From: a virus
Taxonomy: Duplodnaviria; Caudoviricetes
Virus record (IMG/VR): IMGVR_UViG_3300037722_000727
Location: 1-42,178 of that record
Reading direction: 5' to 3' (one strand)
Length of the DNA: 42,178 bases
Made by a program: the position numbers and the translations under genes. The notes under the pieces are model-generated. The model was given only the letters and a program-made list of their open reading frames with translations, had not been told where the DNA came from and made no database searches. Every line of letters starts with the position of its first letter. Position 1 is the stretch's first letter. Shown piece by piece: positions 27,972 through 37,765 of this stretch.

Positions 27972-28421
27972 ATGGCGTTCAGCGATCTCATCGACCAGAT
28001 CAATACCCACGCCAACGCCTCTGGGCAGGCCCTCGCGATCCCGACGCAGGCCACCGTCGCGCTGCCCGTGCCCCGCGGCCGCTGCATCCGCACCTTCTGG
28101 ATCGGCGAGTCCGGTCCCGAGACGATGGGCGAGCGGTTCGTCCTTGACGCCGAGATGGTGGCCGACCGGATCGGGGTCGTGCTGTTCATCCCCCTGGGCG
28201 ACTTCAACGAAACGGTCGCGCGGGCCACGGTCCTCGACATGCGCCTGTTCAAGCACGAGTTCCGAACCCGCATGAACGGCGACGCCCAGCTCGGCGGGAA
28301 CAACACGGACCTCCGTGTCTTCGATGCCGAGATCGAGTACCCCGTGATCGGCGGGGCGCAGTACGTCACGGTCGGCTTCGAGATCGTGACCGACTTCACC
28401 GAATACAGCGTCGCCGCATAG
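27972..28421 (+). CDS. tail terminator
   Basis: Synteny and size; GDAQLGG motif. Confidence 0.6.
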   Translation: MAFSDLIDQINTHANASGQALAIPTQATVALPVPRGRCIRTFWIGESGPETMGERFVLDAEMVADRIGVVLFIPLGDFNETVARATVLDMRLFKHEFRTRMNGDAQLGGNNTDLRVFDAEIEYPVIGGAQYVTVGFEIVTDFTEYSVAA

Positions 28422-28431
28422 GAGTCCGCCC

Positions 28432-28611
28432 GTGCCGAAGACCAAGGCTGCCTACATCGTCGCCAACCCCCGCGGCATCCCGGCAGGTCGCCACATCCTC
28501 CGCGTCGGCGACAAGCGCTGGTACGAAGGCGACCGCTACGACGGGCCGCTGTCAGAACGACTCATCAAAGGCGGGTTCGTGGTCAAGCAGGTGAACGATG
28601 GCGAAAAGTAG
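28432..28611 (+). CDS. 59-aa hypothetical protein
   Basis: AGGAG SD, GTG start; hand-translated. Confidence 0.55.
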   Translation: MPKTKAAYIVANPRGIPAGRHILRVGDKRWYEGDRYDGPLSERLIKGGFVVKQVNDGEK

Positions 28612-29353
28612 TGGCATCGGCCAGAGGCTTTACCTCCAGGGACTCGACGTGTCGGGCGACATCGGCTCGTTCGCGTCGCTGCGCTCGACGATGCAGACCC
28701 TCAATGTGACCTCGATCCAGGACAGCGCAATGGTCCGCATCGCCGGGATGCGCGACGGCGAGATCACGTTCAACTGCTTCTTCAACAACGCCGATGACGA
28801 GACGCACGACGCGCTCGCGGCGCTGCCCACGACCAACGTCCTGGCCCTTGTCCTGACCAGCACCACGGCCGGCCAGCCGGTCATCGCCCTGACCGCCAAG
28901 CAGGTCAACTACGACTGGGTTCGGGGACAGGACGGCTCGATGGCCGGGACCGTCCAACTCCTCGCGGCCTCGGGCGTACCGCTCGAGTACGGCCTCCTGC
29001 TCGTCGCGAAGACGACCCACGCCAGCGCGACGGACGAGACGGGCATCGACTTCGGGGCGCAGACCACCGCCGGGGCCGTCGGCTACCTCCAGCACTTCTC
29101 GGCAGCGTCGGGCACGGTCGAGTACGACCTCGAGGACTCGTCCGACAGCACCGATGGCGACGACGGCGCGTGGGCCAACCTCGGAGCGTTCAGCGACGTC
29201 GCCACACCCTACGCCGCGATCGCCGAGCGGATCGAGATCAGCGGCACCGTCGAGCGCTGGGTCCGTGCTTCGACCAACGGCACCTTCACCACGGCGGTGT
29301 TCGCCATGGCGTTCCGGCGACTGCGCGCCACCGACTACGACGCAGCGGCCTAA
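28598..29353 (+). CDS. tail tube-like protein with C-terminal extra domain
   Basis: MAKSSGIG...DVSGDI; N-terminus similar to the next gene. Confidence 0.7.
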   Translation: MAKSSGIGQRLYLQGLDVSGDIGSFASLRSTMQTLNVTSIQDSAMVRIAGMRDGEITFNCFFNNADDETHDALAALPTTNVLALVLTSTTAGQPVIALTAKQVNYDWVRGQDGSMAGTVQLLAASGVPLEYGLLLVAKTTHASATDETGIDFGAQTTAGAVGYLQHFSAASGTVEYDLEDSSDSTDGDDGAWANLGAFSDVATPYAAIAERIEISGTVERWVRASTNGTFTTAVFAMAFRRLRATDYDAAA

Positions 29354-29429
29354 CTAACCCCCCTCACCTCGGCCTTGAGCCGGCCACCGGGCCGGTGGTT
29401 CGGCACGTCCAGCACAAAGGAGTATTCCG

Positions 29430-29834
29430 TTGACCAAAGCCTCCGGCTTGGGGATGACGATCACGATCGACGATGCCGACGGCACCGGTCGTGCCATCTC
29501 CAACGACATTGTGTCGGCCGCCTTCAACACCAGCCGGGGCGTCCAGGACGTGACCGGCCTCGACAAGTCGGCGATGGAGCGACTGCTCCTCCTCAACGAC
29601 TTCAATCTCAGCGTCACCGCAGTCTGGAACCCCGGTGCCAACCCGTCGTCACACGGCGTGTTCAGCACGCCCGCCGACAACGACACGCGGACCGTGGTCA
29701 TCGTCGTCGGTGGCAAGACGCTCACCGCCGAGTGCGTGATGAGCGACGTGGCGTGGAACCGCGGTACCGACGGCTCGTTCACTGCGTCCGCGACGTTCGA
29801 ACTCGCGAATGGCACCGCCGCTGCGTGGACCTGA
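29430..29834 (+). CDS. major tail (tube) protein
   Basis: AAGGAG SD; MTKASGLG...ISNDI...QDVTGLDKSAMERL; upstream of the chaperone. Confidence 0.75.
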   Translation: MTKASGLGMTITIDDADGTGRAISNDIVSAAFNTSRGVQDVTGLDKSAMERLLLLNDFNLSVTAVWNPGANPSSHGVFSTPADNDTRTVVIVVGGKTLTAECVMSDVAWNRGTDGSFTASATFELANGTAAAWT

Positions 29835-29862
29835 TAGGGCGCCCGCCTGGTGCTAACCCCAT

Positions 29863-29893
29863 GAAGCCCGACCGCTCACCCCGGTCGGGCTTC
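29863..29893 (+). terminator. 12-bp stem-loop after tail tube gene
   Basis: gaagcccgaccg/cggtcgggcttc. Confidence 0.5.
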
Positions 29894-29909
29894 GCCCCCC
29901 ACGGGTGAG

Positions 29910-30281
29910 GTGGACATGAAGACTGCGATCCTCGAGTTCGAGGAATACCCCGGCGAAACGATCACCGTGCGCCTCTCGCCGGTCTCGCTGGACGACTACG
30001 AAAAGGTCGTCACGCTGTGGGGCCGGGCGTTCACGCGGATGCTGCCCAAGCCGCTGCGAACGCTGTACGCCGCGTGGTGCCCGCTGGCGCTCGTGGAGTG
30101 GACGTTCCCCGAACCGGCCACCGCGAAGGGCATGGGCGCGCGCGACGCGAACCTCGGCATGGCGATCGTCCGGCGCTGGATCGAGGAGGTCCGCGACGTG
30201 CCGCTCCCTTTGCCGGCGAGGTCTTCCGATGGCGCGGCCTCGGAGGACCCAAGTCCGGGTTCGCCGCCCCCCGAGAGCTAG
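29910..30281 (+). CDS. tail assembly chaperone (G)
   Basis: Between the tube and tape measure genes. Confidence 0.75.
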   Translation: MDMKTAILEFEEYPGETITVRLSPVSLDDYEKVVTLWGRAFTRMLPKPLRTLYAAWCPLALVEWTFPEPATAKGMGARDANLGMAIVRRWIEEVRDVPLPLPARSSDGAASEDPSPGSPPPES

Positions 30282-30418
30282 AGCGGGCGCAGTTCCTCGA
30301 CGCGGTTCTGCGGCGCTACCCCGGCTACACCCTCGGCTCGCTGCTGGCCGAGGACGCCCACGCCATCTACCAGCACATGGCGCTGCTGAACCCTGATCTC
30401 GGGAAAGCGAAGGACTGA
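30206..30418 (+). CDS. tail chaperone GT extension via -1 frameshift at C-CCT-TTG (30206-30212)
   Basis: In-register slippery heptamer; -1 frame open to 30418. Confidence 0.7.
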   Translation, partial: PFAGEVFRWRGLGGPKSGFAAPRELERAQFLDAVLRRYPGYTLGSLLAEDAHAIYQHMALLNPDLGKAKD

Positions 30419-30421
30419 GCG

Positions 30422-32158
30422 TTGGCGAATGAAGTCCGAATCAGGGCCAGTGTCCGCGATGACGCGACCCGCCCCATCAACAACATCCGCGACGCTTGGA
30501 CGAAGTTCCAGCGCGAGGGCAGCCAAGGCGTCAAGGCCGGCCTGACCGCCGCCGCGGCCACCAAGGGCTTCGACCTTCTGGGTCAGGCCATCCACGGCGT
30601 CACGGACTTCATGGGCCGCTCGATCCAGCGCGCCTCGGACCTCGCCGAATCGCAGGGCAAGGTCAGCGTCGTCTTCGGCGAGAGCGCAGACGAGATCGAA
30701 GCGTGGGCCTCCCGCTCCGCCCGTGCGTTCGGCCAGTCGTCGCAACAGGCCCTCGAGGCGGCCGGCACCTACGGCAACCTGTTCCAGGCGTTCGGTCTCG
30801 GGCAGGACGAAGCGGCCAAGATGTCGACCGCGCTCGTGGAGCTCGCCGCGGACCTCGCGTCGTTCAATAACACCTCCGTCGACGACGCGCTGCTCGCGCT
30901 CCGGTCGGGTCTGTCGGGCGAGACCGAGCCGCTCAAGCGGTACGGCATCGCGATCTCCGATGCGCGACTGCGGACGACCCTCATGGCGCAGGGCGTCAAG
31001 GATCTCGGCTCGACCCTGACGCCGCTCCAGAAGTCGATGGCGGCGTACACGCTCATCATGCAGGACAGCTCGCTCGCGCAGGGCGACTTCGCCCGGACGG
31101 CGGACGGCGCGGCGAACTCGGCGCGCATCCTCGACGCGGAGATCGCCGACCTCGAGGCGGAGATCGGGACCAAGGCCCTGCCCGCCCAGAGGGCGTGGCT
31201 CCAAGCCCAGCGCGACGGCATCGGAGTCGTGTCGGCCGTCGTCACCGGGCTCGACGCACAGGCCAACTCGGTCTCGGAGAACGCCGACGCGCTCGAGACG
31301 CTGATCGACCAGTTCGCCCCGTGGGCCTCTGGGCTGGCCGACGCGACGCAGGCCCACGTCTACCTGTCGGACGAGATGGCCGGGGCCCGCGCCGAGGCGC
31401 AGCAGATGGCGTTCGCCACCGAGCACGCCGGCGACATGGCCGAGACCGCCGCGCCGAAGGTCGGCGACCTGGCGGACGAGACGAAGGATCTCGAAAAGGC
31501 CGCCCGCGACGCCGAGCGCGAGATCGACGACCTGTCCGACACGATCGCCGACGAACTGTTCGGCGAGGCGATCACGGCCGGCAACGAAGCCCGCCTCAAA
31601 GAGACGATCAAGGATCTCCGAGACCAGCGGTCCGAGGTCAAGAAAAGCTCGCCCGAGTGGAAGATCCTGACCGGCGAGATCGCCGAGAACCGGCAGCGAC
31701 TCTTTGAGCTCCACCTCGAGCAGGCGGCCGAGGAAGGCCCGGAGGCGGCGATCGACTTCCTCCGCAAGCAAGCCGCCGCGTCGGGCCTCGCCCGTGACGA
31801 GATCGCCAAGCTCATCCGCAAGTACCAGCAGCTTGCCGGGGTCCAGACCGTCCTCAGCCCGACGCAGCTGTTCGGGGGCAAGGCCCGCAACCTCACGGGC
31901 TTCGCCCACGGCGGCCGCTACCGCGCCAACGAACCGCGCATCGTGGGCGAGGAAGGCCCCGAGATCGACATCCCGGACCACTCCGGAGTCATCGTGCCCG
32001 GCGGGGGGACGGGCGGCGGGTCGATGTCAGGCGGCGGGTCGCCGGTCGTCATCCCGGTCCCCGTCCCGTCGTTCTTCACCCCGGCGATGGCGTCGGTGTG
32101 GGTCAATGAGGCAGGCCCGGTCATGGTCGATTACTTCCGCCGTCGGGGCCTCGTGTGA
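30422..32158 (+). CDS. tape measure protein
   Basis: Ala-rich helical 578 aa; ADLASF.N, GETEPLKRYGI; C-terminal GG...VGEEGPE. Confidence 0.92.
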   Translation: MANEVRIRASVRDDATRPINNIRDAWTKFQREGSQGVKAGLTAAAATKGFDLLGQAIHGVTDFMGRSIQRASDLAESQGKVSVVFGESADEIEAWASRSARAFGQSSQQALEAAGTYGNLFQAFGLGQDEAAKMSTALVELAADLASFNNTSVDDALLALRSGLSGETEPLKRYGIAISDARLRTTLMAQGVKDLGSTLTPLQKSMAAYTLIMQDSSLAQGDFARTADGAANSARILDAEIADLEAEIGTKALPAQRAWLQAQRDGIGVVSAVVTGLDAQANSVSENADALETLIDQFAPWASGLADATQAHVYLSDEMAGARAEAQQMAFATEHAGDMAETAAPKVGDLADETKDLEKAARDAEREIDDLSDTIADELFGEAITAGNEARLKETIKDLRDQRSEVKKSSPEWKILTGEIAENRQRLFELHLEQAAEEGPEAAIDFLRKQAAASGLARDEIAKLIRKYQQLAGVQTVLSPTQLFGGKARNLTGFAHGGRYRANEPRIVGEEGPEIDIPDHSGVIVPGGGTGGGSMSGGGSPVVIPVPVPSFFTPAMASVWVNEAGPVMVDYFRRRGLV

Positions 32159-34854
32159 GTCGCTACAACGACCTCGAACTCACGGCCGGCGCGTGGTCGT
32201 GGTTCGAGGATCCACGGGCCATCGCCCACAACGGCTATACCTACATCGGCTACAACGAAAGCGGCGACATCAAGCTCTCCGTTTACGATTCGGCCGGCGC
32301 GTTCGTCTCGACCATCACGCTCAAGGTGGCCCTTGAGTACGACGACCACGCCACGCCGACGCTGTACGTCGCCGACTCGACGCACAAGCTCGTCTGCTTT
32401 TACTCCGAGCATACGGGTGGGCTCGTCTACCGCCGCATCAGTACGACGTCGCTGGACACCGATCCGGACCTCTCCGACGGCTTCGACGCTGAGACGACCT
32501 CGACGATGGGCGAGGATGTGGCCGATCGGTTCTTCACTTACCCGTCGCCTCTTCACACGTCCAACGCCGACGGCGGAGGTGAGGACCGCTGTTGGCTGTT
32601 CTGGCGGGCGCACGTGGGCGGGACGACGCCGGAGTGGCACTACGCGGTTTCGACCGACGACGGGGCGACCTTCGGCGGACGCGTCCGTCTCCACGATCTG
32701 ACGTACTCCAAGATCGTCAGCGATGGCGTCGGCCGGATCGACGTGGCTGCGTCCCACCACCCCGACGGCTCAGTCAGCGCCGACATCTACAAGGTCAGTC
32801 ACATCTACCGTGAGGCGGCGGCGTGGCACCTCTCGGACGGGACCGCGATCGTGGCCTCGATGCCCTTCGGGCGGGCTGACATGACGACGGTCTACGACGG
32901 CGGAGCCGATTCGGTCTGGGTCTGGGACATCGCCCTCAATGCCTCAAACCAGCCGCGCATCACGTTCGCCCGCTTTCCTGAGGAAGACACGACCGATCAC
33001 CGCTACATGTACGCGGCATGGAACGGCTCGGCGTGGGTCGTCAACGAGTTCGCCAGGGCGGGCGGCGATATTCATCCCGGTGAACAACCGGGCGGGAACG
33101 GCCAGGACGAATACTCAGGCGGCGTCGTCCTGGATCACGAGGACCCGCGGGTCGTCTACTGCTCGATCTACAACGCGGACTCGGCGACGTGGGAGATCTG
33201 GCGCTACTTCACTGACGACCTCGGGGTCAACTGGCGCCGGACGCAGCTCACCTTCGCCTCCACCTCGAAGCAGATCCGACCCGTCGCGGTCCGTGACCAT
33301 TCGGACGACCTCGCGGCCGTGTGGTTGTCTGGAACGTACACAACGTATGTCGACTATGCGGTCGGCATCGCGGGCTCGTTCAGTCCGAAACCAGGTGTCT
33401 GGATCGATTGGGCCAACGACGGGGCGTTCGACGAGGCAGCGACGTCCACGGGCCTGCTGGCCCGAATGTTCCCAGAGGCCGCGCCGGTCGCTGACAACGT
33501 CTACGCCGACGTCGTATCGATCAGATGGCGCTACGGCGGTACCCCGGACCACGTTACATCGACCACGCCCGGTGAGTGCTCGATCATCGTCCAGAACGCT
33601 GACGGCAAGTACAACCCCGACAACACGTCCTCCACCCTCTACGGCAAGCTCCGGCCAGGTAGACGTGTCTGGATCGGGGCCAACGAAGACGGCACGCTTA
33701 CCGGAGCCGGACAGTACGTCTACGGCCTGTTCGCCGGCTACATTCGGCAGGTCGTGCCGCTCGTACAGGCCGGCGCCACGGCGTTCGCCGAGATCATTTG
33801 CGAGGACCCGCTCGGCACCTACACCCGGCGTCGCGTCACGGTCGCGGCGGCTACCGACTACTCCTACCGCACGCTACGCGAGGCGATCCTCGACGACATC
33901 GACGAGCCCTACGCCCTGCTGACCTCAGAGGTCGACACACTGCCCCTCGCGGCCGCCGATTCCAACAACGCTCTGTCCGTCCTCGAAGACCTGAACCGGG
34001 CGACGGGCTCGCGGCACTGGGCAAACCCCGAGGACTCCAAGGAAGGCTTCTACAGCTACACCGTCGTCGATCGTCACCACAAGCTCGGTGCCACCGCCAA
34101 CGCGGCCATCAATGCCGACAACGTGCAGGCGATCAGCGGCTACCGCGTGACGGAGGAGACGATCGTCAACCACCAGCAGGTGGATGTCTCGCCCGCCCGC
34201 TTCCCGCAGGGCACCGATACCGTCTGGACCTATGCCGAGGCGACGTTCCCGCTCACGACGAAGCGGACGATCTGGGCGCAGTTCGATGATTTCGTGAAGG
34301 ACGCCGTGCTCGACTACACGAGCACCGGGGACACCGTGACGACCGCCGTGACGAACTTCGGGACGACGGCCAAGATCGAGCTGTGGTCCGCCGGGACGTC
34401 TGTTGTGAACAACCTCGAGATCGAGGGCCGTCAAGTCGTTCGCGGCGCCTCGGAGGCAGTGACGGCGGACGATGCCACGAGCCAGGCCGACTACGGCGAG
34501 CGGGCGGGAACGGTCGTGTCCTCGACCTACTCCTCAACCCCGGCGCTCGCGCAGGGCCTCGCGGACTACGTGGTCTGGAAGTTCGGGCAACCTCTCAAGC
34601 GGCCCGCAATCACGCAGATCAACGAACTCCCGACGGCCATCGCCCGCCAGCTCTACGACGTCATCACCCTGACCGTCGACCGCCTCCACGTTGCAGCGCG
34701 ACGATTCGAGATCACCGGCATCTCGGGTGCCATTGCCGCGGGGCAGATCACGTCGGTCGTGTGGGACCTCCAAGAGACACCCAACCAGTCCGCCCTGTCG
34801 CTGTTCACCTTTGACGAGTCGGTGTTCGACGGCACTGACATCCTCGCCCGCTAA
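32155..34854 (+). CDS. tail tip protein: N-terminal BNR-4-like beta-propeller (~aa 1-410) fused to a hub/Tal-like region
   Basis: WSWFEDPR, DDH, TYPSP, STDDGATF Asp-box, YSGG; then IDW.NDG...NPDN.SS.LYG tail-hub motifs. Confidence 0.8.
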   Translation: MSRYNDLELTAGAWSWFEDPRAIAHNGYTYIGYNESGDIKLSVYDSAGAFVSTITLKVALEYDDHATPTLYVADSTHKLVCFYSEHTGGLVYRRISTTSLDTDPDLSDGFDAETTSTMGEDVADRFFTYPSPLHTSNADGGGEDRCWLFWRAHVGGTTPEWHYAVSTDDGATFGGRVRLHDLTYSKIVSDGVGRIDVAASHHPDGSVSADIYKVSHIYREAAAWHLSDGTAIVASMPFGRADMTTVYDGGADSVWVWDIALNASNQPRITFARFPEEDTTDHRYMYAAWNGSAWVVNEFARAGGDIHPGEQPGGNGQDEYSGGVVLDHEDPRVVYCSIYNADSATWEIWRYFTDDLGVNWRRTQLTFASTSKQIRPVAVRDHSDDLAAVWLSGTYTTYVDYAVGIAGSFSPKPGVWIDWANDGAFDEAATSTGLLARMFPEAAPVADNVYADVVSIRWRYGGTPDHVTSTTPGECSIIVQNADGKYNPDNTSSTLYGKLRPGRRVWIGANEDGTLTGAGQYVYGLFAGYIRQVVPLVQAGATAFAEIICEDPLGTYTRRRVTVAAATDYSYRTLREAILDDIDEPYALLTSEVDTLPLAAADSNNALSVLEDLNRATGSRHWANPEDSKEGFYSYTVVDRHHKLGATANAAINADNVQAISGYRVTEETIVNHQQVDVSPARFPQGTDTVWTYAEATFPLTTKRTIWAQFDDFVKDAVLDYTSTGDTVTTAVTNFGTTAKIELWSAGTSVVNNLEIEGRQVVRGASEAVTADDATSQADYGERAGTVVSSTYSSTPALAQGLADYVVWKFGQPLKRPAITQINELPTAIARQLYDVITLTVDRLHVAARRFEITGISGAIAAGQITSVVWDLQETPNQSALSLFTFDESVFDGTDILAR

Positions 34855-34863
34855 GGAGGCCCC

Positions 34864-35406
34864 GTGGCCTGGACCAACCCCTTCACCGCTGTGGCCGGCG
34901 ACCCCTTCACCGCGTCGCAGTGGAATCAATATGGTCGCGACAACCTGGAGTACCTAAAGGCTGCCAGCGACGGCGTGGCCGTCTCGGGCTTTTCGATCCG
35001 GCGGGCGGCCAACCAGAGCATCAACGATTCGAGCGACACGCTCGTCTCGTTCGACACTGAGCTCCAGGACTTTGGTGGATGGTGGTCGTCGGGCACCACC
35101 GCGACAACCCCCGCGGGCGCGATCCCGTCGGGCTCGACGACGATCGGCGTGATCTACATCGCCCAGATCAAGTTCGCCTCGAACGCCACCGGCAAACGCG
35201 AGATCGCCGTCCTCAAAGAGGGTTCCGAGGTCAACGTCTGGAAGCAGCCAGCGCTCGACGACGACGTGACCGTCATCAACCTCAGCGACTTCACAACCTG
35301 CATCTCGGCTGACGACTGGACGCTCCAGGTGTGGCAGAACTCGACGGGTGCCCTGAACCTCACCGAGGCCCGGTTCTCCGTGATCCGCATCGGCCCGGCC
35401 GACTAA
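34864..35406 (+). CDS. minor tail protein or fibre
   Basis: MAWT.P.TAVAG...WN.YGRDNL; AAGGAGG SD. Confidence 0.75.
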   Translation: MAWTNPFTAVAGDPFTASQWNQYGRDNLEYLKAASDGVAVSGFSIRRAANQSINDSSDTLVSFDTELQDFGGWWSSGTTATTPAGAIPSGSTTIGVIYIAQIKFASNATGKREIAVLKEGSEVNVWKQPALDDDVTVINLSDFTTCISADDWTLQVWQNSTGALNLTEARFSVIRIGPAD

Positions 35407-35417
35407 GGGAGTAGTAC

Positions 35418-35996
35418 GTGGCGGATATCGCAAGCCCTGTCAATACTTCATCCCAGAGCCTCGACGCGCTGGTCACTACGGCTGCGGCGACGCCCTACCT
35501 GAAAGAGGGCATCGTCCCGCGTTCGGCGTCGGGTGTCGACGATCAGGTCGCGGCGCAGCGCGTCGGGACTCACGCCGACGACGGGACGTTCGCGGTCGGC
35601 ACCGACGCCGTGGTGGTCATTGCGGGGCAGGCCGACGAAACTAGCCCCGACAGCGTGAGCGAGGGCGATGCGGGCGGGCTTCGGATGACGCTCGCCCGAA
35701 ACCTTCACGTCGTCAACGTGGCGGACGCTGCGGCGGTGACGAGCGTCGCCTCGCAGGACACCAACATCACGCTCCTGGCCGCCAACGCCAACCGCATCGG
35801 GGCGACGATCTACAACACTGACTCGGGGCCGCTGTTCGTCAAGTTCGGTGCGACGGCCACAGCCACGACGAGCTTCACCGTGCGGATCGTGGAGAATGGC
35901 TACTACGAGTTCCCGCAGCCGGTGTACCGCGGGATCGTTGACGGGATCTGGACGTCCAGCTCGACCGGCGCGGCCGTGATAACGGAACTCACCTGA
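35418..35996 (+). CDS. minor structural protein
   Basis: Tail-end position; beta-rich. Confidence 0.65.
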   Translation: MADIASPVNTSSQSLDALVTTAAATPYLKEGIVPRSASGVDDQVAAQRVGTHADDGTFAVGTDAVVVIAGQADETSPDSVSEGDAGGLRMTLARNLHVVNVADAAAVTSVASQDTNITLLAANANRIGATIYNTDSGPLFVKFGATATATTSFTVRIVENGYYEFPQPVYRGIVDGIWTSSSTGAAVITELT

Positions 35997-35997
35997 G

Positions 35998-36570
35998 ATG
36001 CCGCTCTACAACCCCAGTTCTGGCGGCGCGATCACCGTCGCCGAGGAAGACGGCACCCCGTCCGTCTCGGATGTCACGACCATCGAGGTGCCCAACGGCA
36101 CGCTGACCGACGACGGCGGCGGGACCGTCTCGCTCGGCTACGGCGCATCGAACTCGGGCCAGGAGCTCGACTACGTTGAGATCACGACGGGCGTCACGAT
36201 CACTGGGACGGCCGAGGGCTCGGAAACGACCGTCATCACCGGCACGAGCCAGGCTTACGACGGGACGACGATCATGACCCACTTCTACTCGCCGGGCGTG
36301 GACTTCGACGCGACCGCCGCAGCCGAGGCGCTGATCGTGGTCCTATACGACGGCGCGACCATCCTCGGCCGGATCGCCGTCCGCATCGCTGATTCGGCGA
36401 CCTCGTACCGCGACCCGATCGAGGGCTGGCTTCGCATCACACCCACCGTCGATACCCATCAGTACATCGTCAAGGCGTACAAAGCCACGGGCTCCACGGC
36501 GGCTGTCGGCGCCGGGGCCGGTGGGTCCGGCGTCAACGTCCCGGCGTTCCTTCGCATCACACAGGTCTAG
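35998..36570 (+). CDS. minor structural or fibre protein
   Basis: Thr/Gly-rich; last late gene. Confidence 0.65.
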   Translation: MPLYNPSSGGAITVAEEDGTPSVSDVTTIEVPNGTLTDDGGGTVSLGYGASNSGQELDYVEITTGVTITGTAEGSETTVITGTSQAYDGTTIMTHFYSPGVDFDATAAAEALIVVLYDGATILGRIAVRIADSATSYRDPIEGWLRITPTVDTHQYIVKAYKATGSTAAVGAGAGGSGVNVPAFLRITQV

Positions 36571-37622
36571 CGAGCCATCGACATCCGCAACTCGTAATCG
36601 ACGTAACTGTCATACCGCCCCGTCAGCCAGAGGACATGCGTCCCGACGCTGGTGGGGCGGATATTTTTGTCTCCGGCGGTCAGCGGGACGCGGCCCGGAT
36701 AGCGATAGATGTTCCAGTCGGCCCCGCCCTGCTCCGAGGTATAGACGACGCCATCGCCGAGGGCGATGCCGCCCGAGTAGTACGGTTGGGCGTTGCCAGA
36801 TGGGTACGGTGCAGTGGCAATGGTGCCGCCGCCGCGGCCGATCTCTGTCGTCGTCCAGGCCCCGTCGAACCGTGCGATGTGGTAGCGATGGTCGTATGTC
36901 GCAGGGAATGTCGCGTAAGCGATCACGCCGGGCTCCGCATCCCAGACCCAGCCCTTGCGCGAATCGATCAAGACCGGCTCGGAAAACGCCCCGTCGAAGG
37001 TGAAGTGCCAGATCCCATCGCCATCGGGTGAGTCCGGATGGTTCGACGCAGCGAACTCGATCCGGCTCCCGTCCGACGCGATCTTGTGATAGGTGAACCG
37101 CGAGAACGGCCGAGCCGGTGCCCACACCTCCAGATTCGTCGTCGTCGAATACGACCACTCGTCTCTGGCGCTCCGCCAGAACAAGTACAGCGTGTCGTCA
37201 AACACCACCGGCGAGGGGTAGGTATAGGCCGGGCTGCCGAGATCGAGAACGACGGGCCGACCGAACGCCTCCCCGTTGCCGATGGCCATGTACAGCTCGG
37301 GGCCGACGTGGCGCGAGAAGAAGGCGAGGATCTGACCCTGGTACTCGATCAGCGCCGGGTTGTCGTGGTCGTCGATCTCCAGCGGCCCGCCCCACAGGTC
37401 GGAGACGTGTCCATCGGAGATACGCGTCACCAGCGCCCGGCCCTGCCCCGACAAGCTCCCGACATAGACCTCGCTCCCGACTTCGACGGCCCGTGGATCG
37501 CCGAACCAGCACCAACCTCCCGTGCCGTAGCCGTGCATCAGCGAAGCCATCGATACGGTCCCCGCGACGACGATGATGAGCACGACCAGTGCGATTCGGA
37601 GGAACGCTTGTCGTTCGCTCAT
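36567..37622 (-). CDS. exported or membrane-anchored BNR-4-like beta-propeller protein (moron), paralog of the tail protein N-domain
   Basis: GGAGGT SD; N-terminal hydrophobic helix; over 12 collinear motifs shared with 32155. Confidence 0.85.
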   Translation of the reverse strand: MSERQAFLRIALVVLIIVVAGTVSMASLMHGYGTGGWCWFGDPRAVEVGSEVYVGSLSGQGRALVTRISDGHVSDLWGGPLEIDDHDNPALIEYQGQILAFFSRHVGPELYMAIGNGEAFGRPVVLDLGSPAYTYPSPVVFDDTLYLFWRSARDEWSYSTTTNLEVWAPARPFSRFTYHKIASDGSRIEFAASNHPDSPDGDGIWHFTFDGAFSEPVLIDSRKGWVWDAEPGVIAYATFPATYDHRYHIARFDGAWTTTEIGRGGGTIATAPYPSGNAQPYYSGGIALGDGVVYTSEQGGADWNIYRYPGRVPLTAGDKNIRPTSVGTHVLWLTGRYDSYVDYELRMSMAR

Positions 37623-37765
37623 CGGCCTACCTCCGTACCACCTAGGGCATCTTCCCTATCGACCGATCGCCTTGGGGCTCGCCACAATCCGACGGCCCCC
37701 ACCAGCCTGACGGGACCGGGACCCGGCGTACCGAGGTCCCGTGATGCCGCCTGATCCCGACGGTC

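Noticed and set aside
18341-31981. Long minus-strand ORFs (18341..19849, 21944..23374, 30278..31981 and others)
   Set aside because: Antisense shadows of well-supported GC-rich genes, with no motifs or SD.
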